Of a stretch of DNA of 64,000 bases, positions 46,478-61,400 are shown piece by piece. The notes beneath the pieces were generated by a model, which saw only the letters and a program-made list of their open reading frames with translations, was not told the DNA's origin and ran no database searches. The stretch is taken from assembly GCA_001643675.2 (NCBI GenBank), contig LSRY02000068.1, positions 186,001 to 250,000 on the forward strand, read 5' to 3'. Source of the stretch: Monocercomonoides exilis PA203. Lineage: Eukaryota > Protista > Preaxostyla. A program made the position numbers and the translations under genes. Each line of letters opens with the position of its first letter. Within the stretch, counting starts at the first letter, position 1.

Positions 46478-49400
46478 TCGCAGAGTGAAGGCGAGTAAGA
46501 GGGATGAGCGCTGCAGCGCTGTGCACCATCTGTGCAGCCCCTGTGCAGCACTCGCCTCTCCCAACCTCTCTGACTCCCCACTCTTTCCTCTCTCTCTTTC
46601 TCTCAACCCATCCATTTCCCTCTCTCTCTCTCAACCTCACCCTCACTTTTCTTTCCTCTCCTTTTTTCTCCTATTTTTTATAATTTACCTCATAGGGTGT
46701 GCACCCCATCCCTGCACTCCAAATCCTTCTCTCTCCATCCCTTCATCCCACACGATTTTTTTTATTCTTTTTTTCTCTTCCCTCTCTAACCTCTCTTTCT
46801 CCCTCATTCTCCTCTCTTCCCCAACTCCCCTCTCTCCCACACTTCATTCGCAGAGTGAAGGCGAGTAAGAGGGATGAGCGCTGCAGCGCTGTGCACCATC
46901 TGTGCAGCCCCTGTGCAGCACTCGCCTCTCCCAACCTCTCTGACTCCCCACTCTTTCCTCTCTCTCTTTCTCTCAACCCATCCATTTCCCTCTCTCTCTC
47001 TCAACCTCACCCTCACTTTTCTTTCCTCTCCTTTTTTCTCCTATTTTTTATAATTTACCTCATAGGGTGTGCACCCCATCCCTGCACTCCAAATCCTTCT
47101 CTCTCCATCCCTTCATCCCACACGATTTTTTTTATTCTTTTTTTCTCTTCCCTCTCTAACCTCTCTTTCTCCCTCATTCTCCTCTCTTCCCCAACTCCCC
47201 TCTCTCCCACACTTCATTCGCAGAGTGAAGGCGAGTAGAAGGGATGAGCGCTACAGCGCTGTGCACCATCTGTGCAGCCCCTGTGCAGCACTCGCCTCTC
47301 CCAACCTCTCTGACTCCCCACTCTTTCCTCTCTCTCTTTCTCTCAACCCATCCATTTCCCTCTCTCTCTCTCAACCTCACCCTCACTTTTCTTTCCTCTC
47401 CTTTTTTCTCCTATTTTTTATAATTTACCTCATAGGGTGTGCACCCCATCCCTGCACTCCAAATCCTTCTCTCTCCATCCCTTCATCCCACACGATTTTT
47501 TTTTATTCTTTTTTCTCTTCCCTCTCTAACCTCTCTTTCTCCCTCATTCTCCTCTCTTCCCCAACTCCCCTCTCTCCCACACTTCATTCGCAGGAGTGAA
47601 GGCGAGTAAGAAGGGATGAGCGCTACAGCGCTGTGCACCATCTGTGCAGCCCCTGTGCAGCACTCGCCTCTCCCAACCTCTCTGACTCCCCACTCTTTCC
47701 TCTCTCTCTTTCTCTCAACCCATCCATTTCCCTCTCTCTCTCTCAACCTCACCCTCACTTTTCTTTCCTCTCCTTTTTTCTCCTATTTTTTATAATTTAC
47801 CTCATAGGGTGTGCACCCCATCCCTGCACTCCAAATCCTTCTCTCTCCATCCCTTCATCCCACACGATTTTTTTATTCTTTTTTTCTCTTCCCTCTCTAA
47901 CCTCTCTTTCTCCCTCATTCTCCTCTCTTCCCCAACTCCCCTCTCTCCCACACTTCATTCGCAGAGTGAAGGCGAGTAAGAAGGGATGAGCGCTACAGCG
48001 CTGTGCACCATCTGTGCAGCCCCTGTGCAGCACTCGCCTCTCCCAACCTCTCTGACTCCCCACTCTTTCCTCTCTCTCTTTCTCTCAACCCATCCATTTC
48101 CCTCTCTCTCTCTCAACCTCACCCTCACTTTTCTTTCCTCTCCTTTTTTCTCCTATTTTTTATAATTTACCTCATAGGGTGTGCACCCCATCCCTGCACT
48201 CCAAATCCTTCTCTCTCCATCCCTTCATCCCACACGATTTTTTTTTATTCTTTTTTTCTCTTCCCTCTCTAACCTCTCTTTCTCCCTCATTCTCCTCTCT
48301 TCCCCAACTCCCCTCTCTCCCACACTTCATTCGCAGAGTGAAGGCGAGTAGAAGGGATGAGCGCTACAGCGCTGTGCACCATCTGTGCAGCCCCTGTGCA
48401 GCACTCGCCTCTCCCAACCTCTCTGACTCCCCACTCTTTCCTCTCTCTCTTTCTCTCAACCCATCCATTTCCCTCTCTCTCTCTCAACCTCACCCTCACT
48501 TTTCTTTCCTCTCCTTTTTTTCTCCTATTTTTTATAATTTACCTCATAGGGTGTGCACCCCATCCCTGCACTCCAAATCCTTCTCTCTCCATCCCTTCAT
48601 CCCACACGATTTTTTTATTCTTTTTTTCTCTTCCCTCTCTAACCTCTCTTTCTCCCTCATTCTCCTCTCTTCCCCAACTCCCCTCTCTCCCACACTTCAT
48701 TCGCAGAGTGAAGGCGAGTAAGAGGGATGAGCGCTGCAGCGCTGTGCACCATCTGTGCAGCCCCTGTGCAGCACTCGCCTCTCCCAACCTCTCTGACTCC
48801 CCACTCTTTCCTCTCTCTCTTTCTCTCAACCCATCCATTTCCCTCTCTCTCTCTCAACCTCACCCTCACTTTTCTTTCCTCTCCTTTTTTCTCCTATTTT
48901 TTATAATTTACCTCATAGGGTGTGCACCCCATCCCTGCACTCCAAATCCTTCTCTCTCCATCCCTTCATCCCACACGATTTTTTTTATTCTTTTTTTCTC
49001 TTCCCTCTCTAACCTCTCTTTCTCCCTCATTCTCCTCTCTTCCCCAACTCCCCTCTCTCCCACACTTCATTCGCAGAGTGAAGGCGAGTAAGAGGGATGA
49101 GCGCTACAGCGCTGTGCACCATCTGTGCAGCCCCTGTGCAGCACTCGCCTCTCCCAACCTCTCTGACTCCCCACTCTTTCCTCTCTCTCTTTCTCTCAAC
49201 CCATCCATTTCCCTCTCTCTCTCTCAACCTCACCCTCACTTTTCTTTTCCTCTCCTTTTTTTCTCCTATTTTTTATAATTTACCTCATAGGGTGTGCACC
49301 CCATCCCTGCACTCCAAATCCTTCTCTCTCCATCCCTTCATCCCACACGATTTTTTTATTCTTTTTTCTCTTCCCTCTCTAACCTCTCTTTCTCCCTCAT

Positions 49401-52400
49401 TCTCCTCTCTTCCCCAACTCCCCTCTCTCCCACACTTCATTCGCAGAGTGAAGGCGAGTAAGAAGGGATGAGCGCTACAGCGCTGTGCACCATCTGTGCA
49501 GCCCCTGTGCAGCACTCGCCTCTCCCAACCTCTCTGACTCCCCACTCTTTCCTCTCTCTCTTTCTCTCAACCCATCCATTTCCCTCTCTCTCTCTCAACC
49601 TCACCCTCACTTTTCTTTCCTCTCCTTTTTTCTCCTATTTTTTATAATTTACCTCATAGGGTGTGCACCCCATCCCTGCACTCCAAATCCTTCTCTCTCC
49701 ATCCCTTCATCCCACACGATTTTTTTATTCTTTTTTTCTCTTCCCTCTCTAACCTCTCTTTCTCCCTCATTCTCCTCTCTTCCCCAACTCCCCTCTCTCC
49801 CACACTTCATTCGCAGGAGTGAAGGCGAGTAGAAGGGATGAGCGCTACAGCGCTGTGCACCATCTGTGCAGCCCCTGTGCAGCACTCGCCTCTCCCAACC
49901 TCTCTGACTCCCCACTCTTTCCTCTCTCTCTTTCTCTCAACCCATCCATTTCCCTCTCTCTCTCTCAACCTCACCCTCACTTTTCTTTCCTCTCCTTTTT
50001 TCTCCTATTTTTTATAATTTACCTCATAGGGTGTGCACCCCATCCCTGCACTCCAAATCCTTCTCTCTCCATCCCTTCATCCCACACGATTTTTTTTATT
50101 CTTTTTTTCTCTTCCCTCTCTAACCTCTCTTTCTCCCTCATTCTCCTCTCTTCCCCAACTCCCTCTCTCCCACACTTCATTCGCAGAGTGAAGGCGAGTA
50201 AGAAGGGATGAGCGCTACAGCGCTGTGCACCATCTGTGCAGCCCCTGTGCAGCACTCGCCTCTCCCAACCTCTCTGACTCCCCACTCTTTCCTCTCTCTC
50301 TTTCTCTCAACCCATCCATTTCCCTCTCTCTCTCTCAACCTCACCCTCACTTTTCTTTCCTCTCCTTTTTTTCTCCTATTTTTTATAATTTACCTCATAG
50401 GGTGTGCACCCCATCCCTGCACTCCAAATCCTTCTCTCTCCATCCCTTCATCCCACACGATTTTTTTATTCTTTTTTTCTCTTCCCTCTCTAACCTCTCT
50501 TTCTCCCTCATTCTCCTCTCTTCCCCAACTCCCCTCTCTCCCACACTTCATTCGCAGGAGTGAAGGCGAGTAAGAAGGGATGAGCGCTACAGCGCTGTGC
50601 ACCATCTGTGCAGCCCCTGTGCAGCACTCGCCTCTCCCAACCTCTCTGACTCCCCACTCTTTCCTCTCTCTCTTTCTCTCAACCCATCCATTTCCCTCTC
50701 TCTCTCTCAACCTCACCCTCACTTTTCTTTCCTCTCCTTTTTTCTCCTATTTTTTATAATTTACCTCATAGGGTGTGCACCCCATCCCTGCACTCCAAAT
50801 CCTTCTCTCTCCATCCCTTCATCCCACACGATTTTTTTTTATTCTTTTTTTCTCTTCCCTCTCTAACCTCTCTTTCTCCCTCATTCTCCTCTCTTCCCCA
50901 ACTCCCCTCTCTCCCACACTTCATTCGCAGAGTGAAGGCGAGTAAGAAGGGATGAGCGCTACAGCGCTGTGCACCATCTGTGCAGCCCCTGTGCAGCACT
51001 CGCCTCTCCCAACCTCTCTGACTCCCCACTCTTTCCTCTCTCTCTTTCTCTCAACCCATCCATTTCCCTCTCTCTCTCTCAACCTCACCCTCACTTTTCT
51101 TTCCTCTCCTTTTTCTCCTATTTTTTATAATTTACCTCATAGGGTGTGCACCCCATCCCTGCACTCCAAATCCTTCTCTCTCCATCCCTTCATCCCACAC
51201 GATTTTTTTTTATTCTTTTTTTCTCTTCCCTCTCTAACCTCTCTTTCTCCCTCATTCTCCTCTCTTCCCCAACTCCCTCTCTCCCACACTTCATTCGCAG
51301 AGTGAAGGCGAGTAAGAAGGGATGAGCGCTACAGCGCTGTGCACCATCTGTGCAGCCCCTGTGCAGCACTCGCCTCTCCCAACCTCTCTGACTCCCCACT
51401 CTTTCCTCTCTCTCTTTCTCTCAACCCATCCATTTCCCTCTCTCTCTCTCAACCTCACCCTCACTTTTCTTTCCTCTCCTTTTTCTCCTATTTTTTATAA
51501 TTTACCTCATAGGGTGTGCACCCCATCCCTGCACTCCAAATCCTTCTCTCTCCATCCCTTCATCCCACACGATTTTTTTTTATTCTTTTTTCTCTTCCCT
51601 CTCTAACCTCTCTTTCTCCCTCATTCTCCTCTCTTCCCCAACTCCCTCTCTCCCACACTTCATTCGCAGAGTGAAGGCGAGTAAGAAGGGATGAGCGCTA
51701 CAGCGCTGTGCACCATCTGTGCAGCCCCTGTGCAGCACTCGCCTCTCCCAACCTCTCTGACTCCCCACTCTTTCCTCTCTCTCTTTCTCTCAACCCATCC
51801 ATTTCCCTCTCTCTCTCTCAACCTCACCCTCACTTTTCTTTCCTCTCCTTTTTCTCCTATTTTTTTATAATTTACCTCATAGGGTGTGCACCCCATCCCT
51901 GCACTCCAAATCCTTCTCTCTCCATCCCTTCATCCCACACGATTTTTTTTTATTCTTTTTTTCTCTTCCCTCTCTAACCTCTCTTTCTCCCTCATTCTCC
52001 TCTCTTCCCCAACTCCCTCTCTCCCACACTTCATTCGCAGAGTGAAGGCGAGTAAGAGGGATGAGCGCTACAGCGCTGTGCACCATCTGTGCAGCCCCTG
52101 TGCAGCACTCGCCTCTCCCAACCTCTCTGACTCCCCACTCTTTCCTCTCTCTCTTTCTCTCAACCCATCCATTTCCCTCTCTCTCTCTCAACCTCACCCT
52201 CACTTTTCTTTCCTCTCCTTTTTCTCCTATTTTTTATAATTTACCTCATAGGGTGTGCACCCCATCCCTGCACTCCAAATCCTTCTCTCTCCATCCCTTC
52301 ATCCCACACGATTTTTTTTATTCTTTTTTTCTCTTCCCTCTCTAACCTCTCTTTCTCCCTCATTCTCCTCTCTTCCCCAACTCCCTCTCTCCCACACTTC

Positions 52401-55400
52401 ATTCGCAGAGTGAAGGCGAGTAGAGGGATGAGCGCTACAGCGCTGTGCACCATCTGTGCAGCCCCTGTGCAGCACTCGCCTCTCCCAACCTCTCTGACTC
52501 CCCACTCTTTCCTCTCTCTCTTTCTCTCAACCCATCCATTTCCCTCTCTCTCTCTCAACCTCACCCTCACTTTTCTTTCCTCTCCTTTTTCTCCTATTTT
52601 TTATAATTTACCTCATAGGGTGTGCACCCCATCCCTGCACTCCAAATCCTTCTCTCTCCATCCCTTCATCCCACACGATTTTTTTTATTCTTTTTTCTCT
52701 TCCCTCTCTAACCTCTCTTTCTCCCTCATTCTCCTCTCTTCCCCAACTCCCTCTCTCCCACACTTCATTCGCAGAGTGAAGGCGAGTAAGAAGGGATGAG
52801 CGCTACAGCGCTGTGCACCATCTGTGCAGCCCCTGTGCAGCACTCGCCTCTCCCAACCTCTCTGACTCCCCACTCTTTCCTCTCTCTCTTTCTCTCAACC
52901 CATCCATTTCCCTCTCTCTCTCTCAACCTCACCCTCACTTTTCTTTTCCTCTCCTTTTTTTCTCCTATTTTTTATAATTTACCTCATAGGGTGTGCACCC
53001 CATCCCTGCACTCCAAATCCTTCTCTCTCCATCCCTTCATCCCACACGATTTTTTTTATTCTTTTTTCTCTTCCCTCTCTAACCTCTCTTTCTCCCTCAT
53101 TCTCCTCTCTTCCCCAACTCCCCTCTCTCCCACACTTCATTCGCAGAGTGAAGGCGAGTAAGAAGGGATGAGCGCTGCAGCGCTGTGCACCATCTGTGCA
53201 GCCCCTGTGCAGCACTCGCCTCTCCCAACCTCTCTGACTCCCCACTCTTTCCTCTCTCTCTTTCTCTCAACCCATCCATTTCCCTCTCTCTCAACCTCAC
53301 CCTCACTTTTCTTTCCTCTCCTTTTTTTCTCCTATTTTTTATAATTTACCTCATAGGGTGTGCACCCCATCCCTGCACTCCAAATCCTTCTCTCTCCATC
53401 CCTTCATCCCACACGATTTTTTTTATTCTTTTTTTCTCTTCCCTCTCTAACCTCTCTTTCTCCCTCATTCTCCTCTCTTCCCCAACTCCCCTCTCTCCCA
53501 CACTTCATTCGCAGAGTGAAGGCGAGTAAGAGGGATGAGCGCTGCAGCGCTGTGCACCATCTGTGCAGCCCCTGTGCAGCACTCGCCTCTCCCAACCTCT
53601 CTGACTCCCCACTCTTTCCTCTCTCTCTTTCTCTCAACCCATCCATTTCCCTCTCTCTCTCAACCTCACCCTCACTTTTCTTTTCCTCTCCTTTTTTCTC
53701 CTATTTTTTATAATTTACCTCATAGGGTGTGCACCCCATCCCTGCACTCCAAATCCTTCTCTCTCCATCCCTTCATCCCACACGATTTTTTTTATTCTTT
53801 TTTTCTCTTCCCTCTCTAACCTCTCTTTCTCCCTCATTCTCCTCTCTTCCCCAACTCCCCTCTCTCCCACACTTCATTCGCAGAGTGAAGGCGAGTAAGA
53901 GGGATGAGCGCTGCAGCGCTGTGCACCATCTGTGCAGCCCCTGTGCAGCACTCGCCTCTCCCAACCTCTCTGACTCCCCACTCTTTCCTCTCTCTCTTTC
54001 TCTCAACCCATCCATTTCCCTCTCTCTCTCTCAACCTCACCCTCACTTTTCTTTCCTCTCCTTTTTTCTCCTATTTTTTATAATTTACCTCATAGGGTGT
54101 GCACCCCATCCCTGCACTCCAAATCCTTCTCTCTCCATCCCTTCATCCCACACGATTTTTTTTATTCTTTTTTCTCTTCCCTCTCTAACCTCTCTTTCTC
54201 CCTCATTCTCCTCTCTTCCCCAACTCCCTCTCTCCCACACTTCATTCGCAGAGTGAAGGCGAGTAGAGGATGAGCGCTACAGCGCTGTGCACCATCTGTG
54301 CAGCCCCTGTGCAGCACTCGCCTCTCCCAACCTCTCTGACTCCCCACTCTTTCCTCTCTCTCTTTCTCTCAACCCATCCATTTCCCTCTCTCTCTCTCAA
54401 CCTCACCCTCACTTTTCTTTCCTCTCCTTTTTCTCCTATTTTTTATAATTTACCTCATAGGGTGTGCACCCCATCCCTGCACTCCAAATCCTTCTCTCTC
54501 CATCCCTTCATCCCACACGATTTTTTTTTATTCTTTTTTTCTCTTCCCTCTCTAACCTCTCTTTCTCCCTCATTCTCCTCTCTTCCCCAACTCCCTCTCT
54601 CCCACACTTCATTCGCAGGAGTGAAGGCGAGTAAGAAGGGATGAGCGCTACAGCGCTGTGCACCATCTGTGCAGCCCCTGTGCAGCACTCGCCTCTCCCA
54701 ACCTCTCTGACTCCCCACTCTTTCCTCTCTCTCTTTCTCTCAACCCATCCATTTCCCTCTCTCTCTCTCAACCTCACCCTCACTTTTCTTTCCTCTCCTT
54801 TTTCTCCTATTTTTATAATTTACCTCATAGGGTGTGCACCCCATCCCTGCACTCCAAATCCTTCTCTCTCCATCCCTTCATCCCACACGATTTTTTTTTA
54901 TTCTTTTTTCTCTTCCCTCTCTAACCTCTCTTTCTCCCTCATTCTCCTCTCTTCCCCAACTCCCCTCTCTCCCACACTTCATTCGCAGGAGTGAAGGCGA
55001 GTAAGAAGGGATGAGCGCTACAGCGCTGTGCACCATCTGTGCAGCCCCTGTGCAGCACTCGCCTCTCCCAACCTCTCTGACTCCCCACTCTTTCCTCTCT
55101 CTCTTTCTCTCAACCCATCCATTTCCCTCTCTCTCTCTCAACCTCACCCTCACTTTTCTTTCCTCTCCTTTTTTTCTCCTATTTTTTATAATTTACCTCA
55201 TAGGGTGTGCACCCCATCCCTGCACTCCAAATCCTTCTCTCTCCATCCCTTCATCCCACACGATTTTTTTTATTCTTTTTTTCTCTTCCCTCTCTAACCT
55301 CTCTTTCTCCCTCATTCTCCTCTCTTCCCCAACTCCCCTCTCTCCCACACTTCATTCGCAGAGTGAAGGCGAGTAGAAGGGATGAGCGCTGCAGCGCTGT

Positions 55401-58400
55401 GCACCATCTGTGCAGCCCCTGTGCAGCACTCGCCTCTCCCAACCTCTCTGACTCCCCACTCTTTCCTCTCTCTCTTTCTCTCAACCCATCCATTTCCCTC
55501 TCTCTCTCAACCTCACCCTCACTTTTCTTTCCTCTCCTTTTTTTCTCCTATTTTTTATAATTTACCTCATAGGGTGTGCACCCCATCCCTGCACTCCAAA
55601 TCCTTCTCTCTCCATCCCTTCATCCCACACGATTTTTTTTATTCTTTTTTTCTCTTCCCTCTCTAACCTCTCTTTCTCCCTCATTCTCCTCTCTTCCCCA
55701 ACTCCCCTCTCTCCCACACTTCATTCGCAGAGTGAAGGCGAGTAAGAGGGATGAGCGCTGCAGCGCTGTGCACCATCTGTGCAGCCCCTGTGCAGCACTC
55801 GCCTCTCCCAACCTCTCTGACTCCCCACTCTTTCCTCTCTCTCTTTCTCTCAACCCATCCATTTCCCTCTCTCTCTCTCAACCTCACCCTCACTTTTCTT
55901 TCCTCTCCTTTTTCTCCTATTTTTTATAATTTACCTCATAGGGTGTGCACCCCATCCCTGCACTCCAAATCCTTCTCTCTCCATCCCTTCATCCCACACG
56001 ATTTTTTTTATTCTTTTTTCTCTTCCCTCTCTAACCTCTCTTTCTCCCTCATTCTCCTCTCTTCCCCAACTCCCCTCTCTCCCACACTTCATTCGCAGAG
56101 TGAAGGCGAGTAGAAGGGATGAGCGCTGCAGCGCTGTGCACCATCTGTGCAGCCCCTGTGCAGCACTCGCCTCTCCCAACCTCTCTGACTCCCCACTCTT
56201 TCCTCTCTCTCTTTCTCTCAACCCATCCATTTCCCTCTCTCTCTCTCAACCTCACCCTCACTTTTCTTTCCTCTCCTTTTTCTCCTATTTTTATAATTTA
56301 CCTCATAGGGTGTGCACCCCATCCCTGCACTCCAAATCCTTCTCTCTCCATCCCTTCATCCCACACGATTTTTTTATTCTTTTTTTCTCTTCCCTCTCTA
56401 ACCTCTCTTTCTCCCTCATTCTCCTCTCTTCCCCAACTCCCTCTCTCCCACACTTCATTCGCAGGTGAAGGCGAGTAAGAAGGGATGAGCGCTACAGCGC
56501 TGTGCACCATCTGTGCAGCCCCTGTGCAGCACTCGCCTCTCCCAACCTCTCTGACTCCCCACTCTTTCCTCTCTCTCTTTCTCTCAACCCATCCATTTCC
56601 CTCTCTCTCTCTCAACCTCACCCTCACTTTTCTTTCCTCTCCTTTTTCTCCTATTTTTTATAATTTACCTCATAGGGTGTGCACCCCATCCCTGCACTCC
56701 AAATCCTTCTCTCTCCATCCCTTCATCCCACACGATTTTTTTATTCTTTTTCTCTTCCCTCTCTAACCTCTCTTTCTCCCTCATTCTCCTCTCTTCCCCA
56801 ACTCCCTCTCTCCCACACTTCATTCGCAGAGTGAAGGCGAGTAAGAGGGATGAGCGCTGCAGCGCTGTGCACCATCTGTGCAGCCCCTGTGCAGCACTCG
56901 CCTCTCCCAACCTCTCTGACTCCCCACTCTTTCCTCTCTCTCTTTCTCTCAACCCATCCATTTCCCTCTCTCTCTCTCAACCTCACCCTCACTTTTCTTT
57001 CCTCTCCTTTTTCTCCTATTTTTTATAATTTACCTCATGGGGTGTGCACCCCATCCCTGCACTCCAAATCCTTCTCTCTCCATCCCTTCATCCCACACGA
57101 TTTTTTTTATTCTTTTTTTCTCTTCCCTCTCTAACCTCTCTTTCTCCCTCATTCTCCTCTCTTCCCCAACTCCCCTCTCTCCCACACTTCATTCGCAGAG
57201 TGAAGGCGAGTAAGAAGGGATGAGCGCTGCAGCGCTGTGCACCATCTGTGCAGCCCCTGTGCAGCACTCGCCTCTCCCAACCTCTCTGACTCCCCACTCT
57301 TTCCTCTCTCTTTCTCTCAACCCATCCATTTCCCTCTCTCTCTCAACCTCACCCTCACTTTTCTTTCCTCTCCTTTTTCTCCTATTTTTTATAATTTACC
57401 TCATAGGGTGTGCACCCCATCCCTGCACTCAAATCCTTCTCTCTCCATCCCTTCATCCCACACGATTTTTTTTATTCTTTTTTCTCTTCCCTCTCTAACC
57501 TCTCTTTCTCCCTCATTCTCCTCTCTTCCCCAACTCCCCTCTCTCCCACACTTCATTCGCAGGAGTGAAGGCGAGTAAGAGGATGAGCGCTACAGCGCTG
57601 TGCACCATCTGTGCAGCCCCTGTGCAGCACTCGCCTCTCCCAACCTCTCTGACTCCCCACTCTTTCCTCTCTCTCTTTCTCTCAACCCATCCATTTCCCT
57701 CTCTCTCTCTCAACCTCACCCTCACTTTTCTTTCCTCTCCTTTTTCTCCTATTTTTATAATTTACCTCATAGGGTGTGCACCCCATCCCTGCACTCCAAA
57801 TCCTTCTCTCTCCATCCCTTCATCCCACACGATTTTTTTTTATTCTTTTTTCTCTTCCCTCTCTAACCTCTCTTTCTCCCTCATTCTCCTCTCTTCCCCA
57901 ACTCCCTCTCTCCCACACTTCATTCGCAGAGTGAAGGCGAGTAAGAAGGGATGAGCGCTACAGCGCTGTGCACCATCTGTGCAGCCCCTGTGCAGCACTC
58001 GCCTCTCCCAACCTCTCTGACTCCCCACTCTTTCCTCTCTCTCTTTCTCTCAACCCATCCATTTCCCTCTCTCTCTCTCAACCTCACCCTCACTTTTCTT
58101 TCCTCTCCTTTTTCTCCTATTTTTTATAATTTACCTCATAGGGTGTGCACCCCATCCCTGCACTCCAAATCCTTCTCTCTCCATCCCTTCATCCCACACG
58201 ATTTTTTTATTCTTTTTCTCTTCCCTCTCTAACCTCTCTTTCTCCCTCATTCTCCTCTCTTCCCCAACTCCCCTCTCTCCCACACTTCATTCATGAGTGA
58301 AGGCGAGTAAGAAGGGATGAGCGCTGCAGCGCTGTGCACCATCTGTGCAGCCCCTGTGCAGCACTCGCCTCTCCCAACCTCTCTGACTCCCCACTCTTTC

Positions 58401-61400
58401 CTCTCTCTCTTTCTCTCAACCCATCCATTTCCCTCTCTCTCTCTCAACCTCACCCTCACTTTTCTTTCCTCTCCTTTTTCTCCTATTTTTTATAATTTAC
58501 CTCATAGGGTGTGCACCCCATCCCTGCACTCCAAATCCTTCTCTCTCCATCCCTTCATCCCACACGATTTTTTTTTATTCTTTTTTCTCTTCCCTCTCTA
58601 ACCTCTCTTTCTCCCTCATTCTCCTCTCTTCCCCAACTCCCTCTCTCCCACACTTCATTCGCAGAGTGAAGGCGAGTAAGAGGATGAGCGCTGCAGCGCT
58701 GTGCACCATCTGTGCAGCCCCTGTGCAGCACTCGCCTCTCCCAACCTCTCTGACTCCCCACTCTTTCCTCTCTCTCTTTCTCTCAACCCATCCATTTCCC
58801 TCTCTCTCTCTCAACCTCACCCTCACTTTTCTTTCCTCTCCTTTTTTTCTCCTATTTTTTATAATTTACCTCATAGGGTGTGCACCCCATCCCTGCACTC
58901 CAAATCCTTCTCTCTCCATCCCTTCATCCCACACGATTTTTTTTTATTCTTTTTTTCTCTTCCCTCTCTAACCTCTCTTTCTCCCTCATTCTCCTCTCTT
59001 CCCCAACTCCCTCTCTCCCACACTTCATTCGCAGAGTGAAGGCGAGTAGAAGGGATGAGCGCTGCAGCGCTGTGCACCATCTGTGCAGCCCCTGTGCAGC
59101 ACTCGCCTCTCCCAACCTCTCTGACTCCCCACTCTTTCCTCTCTCTCTTTCTCTCAACCCATCCATTTCCCTCTCTCTCTCTCAACCTCACCCTCACTTT
59201 TCTTTCCTCTCCTTTTTCTCCTATTTTTTATAATTTACCTCATAGGGTGTGCACCCCATCCCTGCACTCCAAATCCTTCTCTCTCCATCCCTTCATCCCA
59301 CACGATTTTTTTTTATTCTTTTTTTCTCTTCTAACCTCTCTTTCTCCCTCATTCTCCTCTCTTCCCCAACTCCCCTCTCTCCCACACTTCATTCGCAGAG
59401 TGAAGGCGAGTAAGAAGGGATGAGCGCTACAGCGCTGTGCACCATCTGTGCAGCCCCTGTGCAGCACTCGCCTCTCCCAACCTCTCTGACTCCCCACTCT
59501 TTCCTCTCTCTCTTTCTCTCAACCCATCCATTTCCCTCTCTCTCTCTCAACCTCACCCTCACTTTTCTTTCCTCTCCTTTTTCTCCTATTTTTTATAATT
59601 TACCTCATAGGGTGTGCACCCCATCCCTGCACTCCAAATCCTTCTCTCTCCATCCCTTCATCCCACACGATTTTTTTTATTCTTTTTTCTCTTCCCTCTC
59701 TAACCTCTCTTTCTCCCTCATTCTCCTCTCTTCCCCAACTCCCCTCTCTCCCACACTTCATTCGCAGAGTGAAGGCGAGTAAGAGGGATGAGCGCTACAG
59801 CGCTGTGCACCATCTGTGCAGCCCCTGTGCAGCACTCGCCTCTCCCAACCTCTCTGACTCCCCACTCTTTCCTCTCTCTCTTTCTCTCAACCCATCCATT
59901 TCCCTCTCTCTCTCTCAACCTCACCCTCACTTTTCTTTCCTCTCCTTTTTCTCCTATTTTTATAATTTACCTCATAGGGTGTGCACCCCATCCCTGCACT
60001 CCAAATCCTTCTCTCTCCATCCCTTCATCCCACACGATTTTTTTTATTCTTTTTTTCTCTTCCCTCTCTAACCTCTCTTTCTCCCTCATTCTCCTCTCTT
60101 CCCCAACTCCCCTCTCTCCCACACTTCATTCATGAGTGAAGGCGAGTAAGAGGGATGAGCGCTACAGCGCTGTGCACCATCTGTGCAGCCCTGTGCAGCA
60201 CTCGCCTCTCCCAACCTCTCTGACTCCCCACTCTTTCCTCTCTCTCTTTCTCTCAACCCATCCATTTCCCTCTCTCTCTCTCAACCTCACCCTCACTTTT
60301 CTTTCCTCTCCTTTTTCTCCTATTTTTTATAATTTACCTCATAGGGTGTGCACCCCATCCCTGCACTCCAAATCCTTCTCTCTCCATCCCTTCATCCCAC
60401 GATTTTTTTTTATTCTTTTTTCTCTTCCCTCTCTAACCTCTCTTTCTCCCTCATTCTCCTCTCTTCCCCAACTCCCCTCTCTCCCACACTTCATTCATGA
60501 GTGAAGGCGAGTAAGAGGGATGAGCGCTGCAGCGCTGTGCACCATCTGTGCAGCCCCTGTGCAGCACTCGCCTCTCCCAACCTCTCTGACTCCCCACTCT
60601 TTCCTCTCTCTCTTTCTCTCAACCCATCCATTTCCCTCTCTCTCTCTCAACCTCACCCTCACTTTTCTTTCCTCTCCTTTTTCTCCTATTTTTATAATTT
60701 ACCTCATAGGGTGTGCACCCCATCCCTGCACTCCAAATCCTTCTCTCTCCATCCCTTCATCCCACGATTTTTTTTATTCTTTTTTCTCTTCCCTCTCTAA
60801 CCTCTCTTTCTCCCTCATTCTCCTCTCTTCCCCAACTCCCCTCTCTCCACACTTCATTCATAGAGTGAAGGCGAGTAAGAGGATGAGCGCTACAGCGCTG
60901 TGCACCATCTGTGCAGCCCCTGTGCAGCACTCGCCTCTCCCAACCTCTCTGACTCCCCACTCTTTCCTCTCTCTCTTTCTCTCAACCCATCCATTTCCCT
61001 CTCTCTCTCTCAACCTCACCCTCACTTTTCTTTCCTCTCCTTTTTTCTCCTATTTTTTTATAATTTTACCTCATAGGGTGTGCACCCCATCCCTGCACTC
61101 CAAATCCTTCTCTCTCCATCCTTCATCCCACACGATTTTTTTTATTCTTTTTTTCTCTTCCCTCTCTAACCTCTCTTTCTCCCTCATTCTCCTCTCTTCC
61201 CCAACTCCCCTCTCTCCCACACTTCATTCGCAGAGTGAAGGCGAGTAAGAAGGGATGAGCGCTACAGCGCTGTGCACCATCTGTGCAGCCCCTGTGCAGC
61301 ACTCGCCTCTCCCAACCTCTCTGACTCCCCACTCTTTCCTCTCTCTCTTTCTCTCAACCCATCCATTTCCCTCTCTCTCTCTCAACCTCACCCTCACTTT

